Shown here: piece after piece, positions 28,346 through 37,634 of the stretch
Layout: every line of letters begins with the position of its first letter
Numbering within the stretch: the stretch's first letter is position 1
DNA from: Verrucomicrobiales bacterium
GTDB taxonomy: Bacteria > Verrucomicrobiota > Verrucomicrobiia > Verrucomicrobiales > V1-33
Direction of reading: 5' to 3'
Length of the DNA: 49,717 nt
Assembly (NCBI GenBank): GCA_031411295.1
Contig: JANOAV010000139.1
Coordinates: forward strand, 1-49,717
Notes under the pieces: model-generated
What the model saw: the letters and a program-made list of their open reading frames with translations, nothing else
What the model was told of the DNA's origin: nothing
Database searches by the model: none
Translations under genes and position numbers: made by a program

Positions 28346-28481
28346 GTGGTAAAATGCCGTCATTTCCGGGGACGGCAACTCGCGGCCCTTCCCTCTTCAC
28401 GTCCCTGCATCAGGGAACAGTCATGGGAATCCCGCTGTTAATTTTAAGTTGCGTTCGAGATGTGCTCTTATCAGCTCCAAG

Positions 28482-28704
28482 CCGGAGGCTTGACAGAAAT
28501 TAGCCGGGGGTTGAGCGATAGCGATACCCCCAGTATCCCAACGAAATGACCGCATCCCGGCAGGGATGCCAGAAAAGGATCGAGCCACGCCATTTCCTCT
28601 CATATTGCTGATCTGGCATCCCTGCCGGGATGCGATTCTTTAGGGCCTCTAACCGGGGGTATCGCTCTCGCTCAACCCCCGGCTAATTTCTGAGATCCCT
28701 CCGG
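28482..28704. repeat. ~223-bp nested inverted-repeat element (REPIN/MITE-like)
   Basis: Outer arms of about 53 bp (6 mismatches) CCGGAGG..CAGAAATTAGCCGGGGGTTGAGCGA.AGCGATACCCCC. Inner perfect 23-bp arms CGCATCCCGGCAGGGATGCCAGA at 28551-28573 and 28612-28634. Confidence 0.85.
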
Positions 28705-28887
28705 GATCACTTCATCATGAATGCAACTTGGAATAAGCGGAGCAACAACTTGCATCACCAGCAGGATTCTCTGCCTCGTGCTCCTCCACCTACTCCATCT
28801 AAGGACAGGACTCCAGCGGATGCTGTGAGGCTAATTGACAAGCGGATGTTTTCGCACCAAGGAAGCGAAACTCTAACGCACCTGGAA

Positions 28888-31476
28888 ATGTCAGACCCTG
28901 CAACACTCTATCAAGTCGCCCGCAACGGCCAAGTCATTGGTGAATTCACGGAAGCGGAAATTCGGCATCGCCTGGGAAACTGGCAACTTTCCATGACCGA
29001 CATGGGATGGACCGAGGGGATGAGTGATTGGCTAGTCTTGACGACCCTATTTCCGCCGCCGGCCCAGGTGGTCCCGCCTCCCATCCCGGGACAAACCATG
29101 GCTCCGCGGCAACCAGCTTACGCCCTGCAACCCACCACGGCACCGCGTTCGGCGGCCCGTCCGTGGTTCATCGGTCTGGTCGTGGTCATCGGCATCGTCG
29201 TGTTGGCGATGTTCATGAATGGGGTAGTGAAAGGGTATCGCAACGTAATGGCCAAAGCCAAAGCGGCGGCTAGTAAGACCAGTGGGCGGACGGTCACCCT
29301 GCCTAGCACCCAGCCCATTTTGGAAGCGCGGAAAGGACATCGACCGCAGTGGGTGAAATCCTCGTTCAAGGCTGATGGAGAGGCCGATGAGCCACCCCCT
29401 GAGGTCTTCCAGAAAATCACTTACGTGTCACCTGTCGGAGATCTCGCAGCCTACCTTACGCCGCATCCTAACGATGGGAAAAAGCATCCGGCCATCGTGT
29501 GGGCGCATGGCGGGTTCGGAGGCATTGGCTCGTCCTTTTGGGAGCCGGCCCCCAAGAGCAACGACCAATCTGCGCGCGCGTTTCGGGAACGTGGCATCGT
29601 TGTCATGTGTCCTTCCTGGCGTGGGGAGAATAACAATCCTGGCAAATTCGAATTGTTCTATGGAGAACTGGACGACTACCTCGCAGCCTTGGAAAACGTC
29701 CGGAAGCTGCCCTATGTGGACCCCGACCGCATCTATCTGGGCGGTCACAGCACCGGTGGCACGATGGTTCTGCTGGCCGCAGTGGCTTCTGATAAATTTC
29801 GCGCAGCGTTTTCGTTTGGAGGGATGCCTGATTGCATTTCTCTGATGGCCGGCGGTGGCTATGGGAACACCCCGTATGATCCTGCTTCCAAGATCGATAA
29901 CGAACTTCGCAGTGCCGTGCGGTATACTGCGTTCATTAAGCAGCCGACGTTTTATTTTGAGGGCGGAGCGTCATTTTACCATGCAGGAGCAAAGGAAATG
30001 GAATCCTTAGCGCAACCTCTGGGGATTCCGTTCAAGGCTTACGAACTGCCCGGCAATCACTTCAACATTCTCCATCCGATCACCAATTTGGTGGCAGAGA
30101 AAATTCTGCAGGATGCAGGACCCAAGTGGAATCTGACCTTTAGCAAGCACGAATTGGAAGCCGCCATCGATGCCAGCAACGCCAACGGACTCGTCCGCTT
30201 GCTGAAAGATTGGATGGCGGCAGACGATGACCTCGCCAAACGCTTGGAGGAGGCCGAAGAGGGGCAGGCTGAGATCGAGACCAAGGAAGACTTGACGGCC
30301 GCCAGTAATGGCATCAAGGCCCTAACCAGCAAACCAGTGACCCCGATGCTGATTGATAATTTGACGCAGTTATCCCTGCTGATGGCCTATCTGAGCGATC
30401 CGGACCTGGAAAAAACCTTCGCCCGGCAATCCTTGCCCGTGCTGCTAACATGGGCTGAATCGCAGCTAAAATCACCACCCGCCAGTGCGGAAGCGCAGGC
30501 GAAATTCGTCGAATTCCTGGGCTCACTGGCGACGCGGGAAGATTTCAAATCCAACCTTCTAGTGATCAACGCGGCTAAGCAGGGAATTGCGCCTGCGGCC
30601 GACGCTTGGGAGGACGTTTTTTCCCATTACACCGACGAGCACTCGCGGACGGACTTCGTTTTCCGGTCCTTAAGTGAGAGTCCTCCCGACGGGAAAATCG
30701 GTCAGGCCGTGCTCTCCGCCGCCAATCAATTGTTGCTGGGGGAATGGGAGGGAAAGCATCCGTATAATTCAGGAGCTGGAACCGCCCTCCTCCAGAAATG
30801 GTTGGAAGACCAGTCGGACGAATCCTCTCCGGCCTTCCAAGTGGCTCTCAGTTTAGCGTTTGTGGATGCACCCATTCGCGCAAAGCTCCTGCCGCTGGCC
30901 CTTGCTCATAAGCTTCGGTCGGTGCAATTGGAAGCCGCTTGGGCGGACGCGAAGCATGACGGAACCAAGGGGCTGGAACTGATCCAGAAGGCTTGTCTTG
31001 ACGAAAAGGAATCAGTCAGGGCTCAGCAATATCTGAAAGAGGTAGAAAAATCAGATCAGATTCCACCCGCTGCACTGGAGGCAAAGTTTGCTGCGAAGGC
31101 AAAAATGACGGACTGGCTGCAACACCCACAGGAGTTGGGGGAAGCACCGCTCACGATGGAAATTTATGATCAGCGTGAACTCTACTGGCCTCCCTCAAAG
31201 AAGAAACTCATGGCTACGCTGCTGAAGTTCTCCTATAAATCGGAAGACAAAACCAAAGTGGGCTACGGGATGGTTGGGGGTATGAGTTGGTCCTCCTTCA
31301 AGGAATACGACACACCCCCCGCCCCGGAGAGCCTCTATCTGCACCACTGCACCCTGGAGCTGCAGCGAAGTAATCGGACCGAAAAGGTCACGGATGATAC
31401 TGCTGCGCGTGCCTCCGCGCTCAAAGCACTGCGCGAGGGAAATGCTGGCCAGTTTACGGAGAAGAGCTTGGAATAA
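28888..31476 (+). CDS. GYF_2 domain + TM + alpha/beta hydrolase (peptidase S9-like) + helical C-terminal domain fusion
   Basis: YQVARNGQVIG.F......W.EGMSDW (GYF_2), Pro-rich linker, TM (WFIGLVVVIGIVVLAMF), WAHGGFGG, VDPDRIYLGGHSTGG, GNHF, then about 400 aa of helical/other sequence. Confidence 0.85.
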   Translation: MSDPATLYQVARNGQVIGEFTEAEIRHRLGNWQLSMTDMGWTEGMSDWLVLTTLFPPPAQVVPPPIPGQTMAPRQPAYALQPTTAPRSAARPWFIGLVVVIGIVVLAMFMNGVVKGYRNVMAKAKAAASKTSGRTVTLPSTQPILEARKGHRPQWVKSSFKADGEADEPPPEVFQKITYVSPVGDLAAYLTPHPNDGKKHPAIVWAHGGFGGIGSSFWEPAPKSNDQSARAFRERGIVVMCPSWRGENNNPGKFELFYGELDDYLAALENVRKLPYVDPDRIYLGGHSTGGTMVLLAAVASDKFRAAFSFGGMPDCISLMAGGGYGNTPYDPASKIDNELRSAVRYTAFIKQPTFYFEGGASFYHAGAKEMESLAQPLGIPFKAYELPGNHFNILHPITNLVAEKILQDAGPKWNLTFSKHELEAAIDASNANGLVRLLKDWMAADDDLAKRLEEAEEGQAEIETKEDLTAASNGIKALTSKPVTPMLIDNLTQLSLLMAYLSDPDLEKTFARQSLPVLLTWAESQLKSPPASAEAQAKFVEFLGSLATREDFKSNLLVINAAKQGIAPAADAWEDVFSHYTDEHSRTDFVFRSLSESPPDGKIGQAVLSAANQLLLGEWEGKHPYNSGAGTALLQKWLEDQSDESSPAFQVALSLAFVDAPIRAKLLPLALAHKLRSVQLEAAWADAKHDGTKGLELIQKACLDEKESVRAQQYLKEVEKSDQIPPAALEAKFAAKAKMTDWLQHPQELGEAPLTMEIYDQRELYWPPSKKKLMATLLKFSYKSEDKTKVGYGMVGGMSWSSFKEYDTPPAPESLYLHHCTLELQRSNRTEKVTDDTAARASALKALREGNAGQFTEKSLE

Positions 31477-31542
31477 ATCGCCTGTATCTACGAACGCATC
31501 ACTAGCAATCTCAATTCGGGAGGTCCTCCGAATCCAGGGCGG

Positions 31543-31635
31543 AACCGCGTTGCGGTTCGTTCTTTGGGATCACGAATTCCCAGGGTAGCCCCAAAGCGGG
31601 CAACCCTGGGCTAGAGGCCGTAAGCCCCTTGGGCT
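31543..31635. repeat. REP-like triple-hairpin element
   Basis: AACCGCGTTGCGGTT, CCCAGGGTAGCCC-CAAAGC-GGGCAACCCTGGG and AGCCCCTTGGGCT hairpins in series after the 31476 stop. Confidence 0.65.
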
Positions 31636-31784
31636 AACCGAACTAGAGTCCCAAGCCAGCACCGAAATCGATGAGACTTTTTGAACAGCCTTTCTCATGC
31701 CCCGCTCACACCGATAAAATCCCCATACCTTTGGTGCGTAAGCCCTGGGCTTGCTGGCAGCAGGGGAAACCCTCCTGAGCATTC

Positions 31785-31800
31785 CGGCATGATTTCTGCT
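31785..31800 (+). promoter_or_regulatory. Candidate sigma-54 (-24/-12) promoter
   Basis: CGGCATGATTTCTGCT has GG-N10-GC spacing close to TGGCAC-N5-TTGC. It lies about 77 bp upstream of ATG 31877 and is followed by the palindrome CATAGC-ATTA-GCTATG. Confidence 0.5.
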
Positions 31801-31876
31801 TGCATAGCATTAGCTATGATTCCACTCTAAATTGCATTTCCCAAGAGTTGATTAGTATTATTCATTAAATTTATCC

Positions 31877-34800
31877 ATGTTCGTCATTAGATCCGTCCGG
31901 TCCTGGACGGTAGCTTTATGGGGTTTATGCATGCTTATCTTGTGTTTCGCAGGCCGGGCAGACACTATTGTGCCCACTGGGGCCACTTGGAAATTCCTCG
32001 ACAATGGATCGAATCAAGGCACGGCGTGGCGGGAGTTGGGGTTTGCGGACACGAGTTGGGCAGCGGGACCGGCGGAGTTGGGCTATGGCGATGGCGACGA
32101 AGCCACGGTCGTTAGCTATGGGCCTAGCTCAACTAATAAATACATCACGACTTACTTCAGGAGAAGCTTCACGATCAATGCACCGGAGGCTTGGGCCTCG
32201 CTTTCTTTGGATCTCGTGCGGGATGATGGGGCCGTAGTTTATCTCAACGGAACGGAAGTGTTCCGCAGTAATATGCCAACCGGGGCGATTACCTATACGA
32301 CATTGGCGAGTAGCGCACCCGCGGAACCGATTGTTCACCAGATCACCAATACGGTGTCGCCCGCACTTTTCATAGAGGGAACCAATGTCTTGGCGGTGGA
32401 AATCCATCAGGCTGCCGTGGATAGCAGCGACATCAGCTTTAGCCTTGCGGTAACGGGAACCTTGAAGCCGGCCAGCGTGGCGTCTGTGCTGCCAGCCGCG
32501 AATGCTAGCGGGGTCCTCGTGGAACCCACGCTGACGGCTCGCGCCACCAGCGCGTCAGGCGCGGCCCTGGCCGTGAGCTTTTATGGTAGGTTGGCGGGTG
32601 CCGCCAGTTATACTTTATTGCAAACGAACGCTGGGGTGGTTTCGGGTTCCACCACCAACATCACTTGGCCCGATCTCTCTCCACATGCCAACTACGAGTG
32701 GTATGCGGTTGCTACTCAAGGGGCTGATACGGCCCAGTCAGCAGTTAGGCAATTCACTACTGGACCTATGGTGGTGCTCCAGGCCCTTACGACGGAGGAG
32801 GAGACTAACCTTGCGGTGGTGCTGTCTGGAAATGCCGCCGACCCGACACCCCTAACCTTCAGCATCGTGACGCAACCAGCACACGGCACCCTGTCCGGCA
32901 GTGCCCCCAACATAATCTTCACTCCGGCTCTAAACTACGTTGGCCAGGATACCTTCACTTTCCGCGCCACCGATGGATTTGCCTTCTCCCCTCCAGCAAC
33001 GATTTCGGTCACGATTACCCCAATCAATGATTCCCCCATCGCCTTGACGCAATCGGTCAGCACCACTCAGGAGACGCCTGTGCTGATCAACGCTGCCAGC
33101 GATCCCGATGGCGATCCGCTGACATTTACCTACACACTGCCACCAGCGCATGGAAGCCTAACCCAGAGCGGGGGCAACTTAACTTACACCCCAGCGATGG
33201 GTTATCAGGGCCCGGACAGTTTTCAATTTTCCGTGAGCGATGGGATTCTTACTTCGGCCGAAGCTACCATCAGCATTACCGTGCTCCCGCCCAATGAGCC
33301 ACCCGTAGCGCTCAGCCAAAGCCTGAACACGCCTGAAGATGCCACCTTGGGAATCACGCTGGCAGCCACTGATGTGGATAATAACCCGCTGAGCTACAGT
33401 ATTGTCAGTGGTCCCACCAATGGCGTTTTGAGCGGCAGTGGGGCCACCCGAACCTATACTCCAACGCTGAATTACAACGGCCCGGACACATTCACTTTTC
33501 GGGCTAACGATGGACTGGCGAATTCGAACGTGGCCACCATTTCGTTAACTGTGACCCCAGTGAATGATGCTCCCACGGCCCAACCGCAGAGCGTGACATT
33601 GGACAAAAATACCGCCGTGCAGATCACGCTAAGCGGCACGGATCTGGAGGGCGATACTTTAACGTATAATGTGGTCAGCGCACCGACCCACGGCAACCTC
33701 CTCGGGACAGGGGCCGTGCGAACTTATGTGCCGACGACGGATTACCTGGGCACAGATTCATTTACCTTCACAGCCAACGATGGCCAAGCGACCTCGGCAC
33801 CAGTCTCCATTTCCCTAAACGTGCAATTATTGACCGGGCCAACGATCACCCGCGGCCCTTATCTCCAGAGCCCTGCCCAGGACCGGATTACCCTGCGGTG
33901 GCGCACCAGCACCGCCACGGTTGGGTTGGTGCGCTATGGATCGACCGCCACCACGCTAAACACGTTGGCGCTGGAGCCCGGCAATGCGACGACGGAGCAC
34001 ACGGTCACGCTGACCGGTCTGGCTCCGGATACGCCGTATTTTTATTCCATCGGCACGGCGTTGGATACCATTGTGACCGGGAGTGATTACTTTTTCCGCA
34101 CCCATCCAACGCCAGGGACCACACGCACGACCCGGATCTGGGCCATAGGTGACTTTGGCACAGCGGATAGTAATCAGATAGGGGTGCGGAATGCCTTCCA
34201 AGCTTTCCAAGGCTCCCAACCCGTGGATGTTTGGTTAATGCTCGGGGACAATGCGTATAACAATGGCACTGATTCTGAATATCAGGCTTCGGTCTTCAAC
34301 ATCTATCCCACCATGCTGCGGAACACGCCTGTATGGTCCACTTTTGGCAATCACGAGCAAGGTGCCCTGTCCAATGCCAACGCAGGCACGGCTCCCTACT
34401 ACTCCATTTTTAATTTCCCCAGCGCAGGTGAAAGCGGCGGTGTGGCTTCGGGAAGCGAGGCGTATTATTCTTTCGACTACGGTAAGATCCACTTTGTCTG
34501 TCTCGATTCGCAAGTGGCCAACCGCACCGCTAACGGGGCCATGGCTCAGTGGCTCCAGTTGGATTTGGCGGCCAATGCCCAGGAGTGGCTGATCGCCTTT
34601 TTTCATCACCCGATTTATTCCGGCACTACCAGCCATCACTCGGATGTCGAATCCCGCACGCTGGACATGCGGCAAGTCTTCGTCCCGATTCTGGAAAATT
34701 ATGGCGTGGACTTGGTTTTGAGTGGGCATTCCCACGCCTATGAGCGGTCCAAACTCATGGATGGTCATTACGGCCTGAGTTCCACGTTGAATCCAACCAA

Positions 34801-36199
34801 CATGGTCAAGGATGGGGGCGATGGCAACCCTGCAGGAAATGGCGCTTATGTGAAAAATGATGCCGGTCGCCAAGGAACGGTTTATACGGTGGCAGGAAAC
34901 GGCGGACAGACTTTGGATGTCATTCCTACGGTGCATCCGGTGATGGTGCGCAGCATTCTGGAATACGGTTCCGTGATTCTGGATCTGGATGATCATGAAC
35001 TCACTTCCCGCATGTTGGATAAAAACGGGGTGATTCGCGACACCTTTCGCATCACTCACAACGCCCGTCCCCTCGCCATCGCCCAGGCGCGCACGCTGAA
35101 CGAAGACGACGTGACCGCGGTTACCCTAACCGGCAGTGATGCGGATGCGGAACCCTTGACTTACAGCGTCGTGACGGCCCCGCTGCACGGCACGCTCAGT
35201 GGCAGTGGGGCAAACATCATTTATACTCCTGCTGCAAACTACTTCGGCCCGGATTCATTTACGTTCAAAGTCAACGATGGCAAACGGGACTCGCTTCCTG
35301 CTACCGTGAGTTTGACCATTACTTCGGTGGATGATCCGGTGGCGATTGCCTTGGAGCAACCGACGGGCACGGCTCTGGTCTTCGGTATCTCCGGGGTGTC
35401 CTTTGGCGCAGCCACCATGGCAACTCCGGTCACCAAGGTTTTCACCATTCGTAATCCCAGCCCAGACAACGCGTTGACCGGGATCGCGCTGAGCTTAAGC
35501 GGCGGAAATGCCGGGGACTTCAGCATCGTCACGGCACCACCCACCAGCGTGGCCGCCAATGGCAGCGCCACCTTCAGTGTGCGGTTCACCCCGCAAGCCA
35601 CTGGGGCCCGCAGCGCGGTGCTCTCCATCGCCAATAATGATCCTGATAAAAATCCGTGGCTCCTGGCGCTCAGTGGCATCGGCAATCTCGCCCCGCTGTT
35701 TCCTGGCTATACGCTGAGTATGAAGTCCGGCCAAACGACGAACCTTTCCCTGACCAAGATTCTTGCCAAAGCGAGCGATCCCGATGGCGATCCGTTGGCC
35801 GTCACCAGCGTGGGCACGTCACAGTTGGGCGGCAGCGTCACGCTGAGCAGCGCCAATATAATTTACGCCGCGCCAGCCACCGCAGCCGTGGACACCATTC
35901 CAGTCACCATCACGGATGCACGCGGGGGCACGGTCTCCGCTAACTTAACCATCAACATCGTGGCTGATACCGCCTTGGCCAACAACGTGGGACAGATCAC
36001 GCTGCATCCAATGATCGATACCGCTGAGATCCTTTTCTATGGGATTCCCGGTAGGAGTTATCAGATTCAGCATTCGTCAAATTTATCGACCTGGAGCCCC
36101 AAAGCCACCGTGGTGGCGGATGGTCTTGGCCGCATCCTTTGGACGGACTCCGGACCCCTTACCAGTCCTGGGTTCTACCGCACCCGTCCCGCCCCATGA
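31877..36199 (+). CDS. Giant secreted purple-acid-phosphatase-type metallophosphoesterase with cadherin-like/Big_9 repeats, a choice-of-anchor D-like domain and the shared C-terminal tail
   Basis: Signal peptide; N-terminal 'LGYGDG..DDGAVVYLNG..NVLAVEIHQ' domain; repeats 'P.HGTL....YTP..NY.G.D.FTF...DG'; RGPYLQ FN3 region; phosphoesterase motifs GDFG, GDNAY, GNHE, FHHP, GHSHAYER. Confidence 0.9.
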   Translation: MFVIRSVRSWTVALWGLCMLILCFAGRADTIVPTGATWKFLDNGSNQGTAWRELGFADTSWAAGPAELGYGDGDEATVVSYGPSSTNKYITTYFRRSFTINAPEAWASLSLDLVRDDGAVVYLNGTEVFRSNMPTGAITYTTLASSAPAEPIVHQITNTVSPALFIEGTNVLAVEIHQAAVDSSDISFSLAVTGTLKPASVASVLPAANASGVLVEPTLTARATSASGAALAVSFYGRLAGAASYTLLQTNAGVVSGSTTNITWPDLSPHANYEWYAVATQGADTAQSAVRQFTTGPMVVLQALTTEEETNLAVVLSGNAADPTPLTFSIVTQPAHGTLSGSAPNIIFTPALNYVGQDTFTFRATDGFAFSPPATISVTITPINDSPIALTQSVSTTQETPVLINAASDPDGDPLTFTYTLPPAHGSLTQSGGNLTYTPAMGYQGPDSFQFSVSDGILTSAEATISITVLPPNEPPVALSQSLNTPEDATLGITLAATDVDNNPLSYSIVSGPTNGVLSGSGATRTYTPTLNYNGPDTFTFRANDGLANSNVATISLTVTPVNDAPTAQPQSVTLDKNTAVQITLSGTDLEGDTLTYNVVSAPTHGNLLGTGAVRTYVPTTDYLGTDSFTFTANDGQATSAPVSISLNVQLLTGPTITRGPYLQSPAQDRITLRWRTSTATVGLVRYGSTATTLNTLALEPGNATTEHTVTLTGLAPDTPYFYSIGTALDTIVTGSDYFFRTHPTPGTTRTTRIWAIGDFGTADSNQIGVRNAFQAFQGSQPVDVWLMLGDNAYNNGTDSEYQASVFNIYPTMLRNTPVWSTFGNHEQGALSNANAGTAPYYSIFNFPSAGESGGVASGSEAYYSFDYGKIHFVCLDSQVANRTANGAMAQWLQLDLAANAQEWLIAFFHHPIYSGTTSHHSDVESRTLDMRQVFVPILENYGVDLVLSGHSHAYERSKLMDGHYGLSSTLNPTNMVKDGGDGNPAGNGAYVKNDAGRQGTVYTVAGNGGQTLDVIPTVHPVMVRSILEYGSVILDLDDHELTSRMLDKNGVIRDTFRITHNARPLAIAQARTLNEDDVTAVTLTGSDADAEPLTYSVVTAPLHGTLSGSGANIIYTPAANYFGPDSFTFKVNDGKRDSLPATVSLTITSVDDPVAIALEQPTGTALVFGISGVSFGAATMATPVTKVFTIRNPSPDNALTGIALSLSGGNAGDFSIVTAPPTSVAANGSATFSVRFTPQATGARSAVLSIANNDPDKNPWLLALSGIGNLAPLFPGYTLSMKSGQTTNLSLTKILAKASDPDGDPLAVTSVGTSQLGGSVTLSSANIIYAAPATAAVDTIPVTITDARGGTVSANLTINIVADTALANNVGQITLHPMIDTAEILFYGIPGRSYQIQHSSNLSTWSPKATVVADGLGRILWTDSGPLTSPGFYRTRPAP

Positions 36200-37413
36200 G
36201 ATTCCAGGCGCTACCTAGAATGACTCCGTGGCCGGCGGTGCTGGCGCTTGCAGGCATCACTGCGGCTAACGCTACGACGGTGCAGTATAACGCCACCTGG
36301 AGTCCCAATGTTACCATCCCGGACAATGATGTTAACGGCGTGGTTAACACCCAGGCCGTGGCGACAAATTTTCGCACCATCGGCTCTGTGACCGTTCATT
36401 TGACGACCTCGTCCGGGTGGAATGGCGATCTCTATATCTATCTGCAGCATAGCTCGGGCATCTCCATCCTGTTGAATCGCCCCGGTCGCACCTCGCTCCT
36501 GCCGGACGGATCGGATAATGCAGGCTTTGATATCACCCTATCCGATGCTGCGACTGCGGATATCAACACCGACCCCAGCGGTAATGGTCAGGTAACGGGA
36601 ACTTGGCAACCAGACGGGCGCATGGTGGATCCAGGCATTGCCACCAGCAGTTACGCCCGCACCGCACTGCTCAGCAATTTCCTTGGGAACGATCCCAATG
36701 GCACGTGGGCCTTGTTCATGGCAGACTTGGGAGCCGGAGAAGAATCCAATTTAATCAGTTGGGGGCTTACCATTCGGGCGCCAAATAGCCTCAGCCTCTC
36801 CGGCGGGACCACCCTCTTTGACAATGATGACAATGCCTACAACGGCCCCATCGACGTGGACAGCACCGCCACGCTGCAAGTCACCAGTTCCGGCCGCCTG
36901 ACCGCCATGACGGAAATCAATTTGAACGGTGGCACGCTGCTGATGAGCGGATCTGGCAGTCAGCGGATTAACGATGGTGCAGGCGAGGCTCCCCTGCGAC
37001 TGCTCAGCGGTGGAAAACTGGCGCTGAATGGCCCCAGCATTACCGAGAGCTTTGGCACCCTCACCGTGACGAATGGAGGTGTCATCGACTTTGGCACTGG
37101 GTCTGGCCAACTTATTTTCAGCGACAGCAGCGCCCTCACTTGGACTGGGTTGCTGTCGTTGTGGAATTGGGACGCGGCCACCGATCAGATTAAGTTTGGA
37201 AATTTGGGCACCGCCCTCACTCAGGTTCAACTGGACTCCATTCGTTTCTATAGTGATGGTGGAACCACCGCGCTGGGCAGCGGCGTGATGCAAGCGGATG
37301 GCACCGTGGTGCCAGTCCCGGAGGCTGCTTCACTGGTCACGCCAGCCATCCTGCTGGTCTGCGCGATCGCGCGCCGACGGAAAGTGCCCGCCGCCAGAAG
37401 CATCAGGAAATAA
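36196..37413 (+). CDS. Proprotein-convertase P-domain-like protein with a PEP-CTERM-type sorting tail
   Basis: ATGA overlap with the upstream stop; signal peptide; IPD.D..G...GWNGDL..YL.H...LLNR.G...F.G.DPNGTW.L...D...W.L; tail VPVPEAAS + hydrophobic stretch + RRRK. Confidence 0.82.
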   Translation: MRFQALPRMTPWPAVLALAGITAANATTVQYNATWSPNVTIPDNDVNGVVNTQAVATNFRTIGSVTVHLTTSSGWNGDLYIYLQHSSGISILLNRPGRTSLLPDGSDNAGFDITLSDAATADINTDPSGNGQVTGTWQPDGRMVDPGIATSSYARTALLSNFLGNDPNGTWALFMADLGAGEESNLISWGLTIRAPNSLSLSGGTTLFDNDDNAYNGPIDVDSTATLQVTSSGRLTAMTEINLNGGTLLMSGSGSQRINDGAGEAPLRLLSGGKLALNGPSITESFGTLTVTNGGVIDFGTGSGQLIFSDSSALTWTGLLSLWNWDAATDQIKFGNLGTALTQVQLDSIRFYSDGGTTALGSGVMQADGTVVPVPEAASLVTPAILLVCAIARRRKVPAARSIRK

Positions 37414-37509
37414 ACTTGAGGATTGGAACCCGCCTTTGATCGCTAAGCGGCTAGTGGCGCGCGCTTTCACTTTAGGCCAAATCAGCCGTCATAACCGCTG
37501 GATGGCAAC

Positions 37510-37563
37510 TTTACACGAAATAGTAAATCATCATTTACATCCCTGCGGGAAATTTGGTATAAA
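37510..37563 (+). promoter_or_regulatory. Candidate sigma-70 promoter overlapped by TTTAC/GTAAA palindromes
   Basis: TTTACA-N18-TATAAA with TG two bases upstream of the -10 (extended -10). TTTAC-N8-GTAAA and GTAAAT-CATC-ATTTAC overlap the -35. Confidence 0.4.
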
Positions 37564-37634
37564 GGGCTTCATTCCTCAAATCCCCCAATGATCGCCCTGC
37601 CCCACAGGACGGATCTCCTCCCTCGAATCATCCT

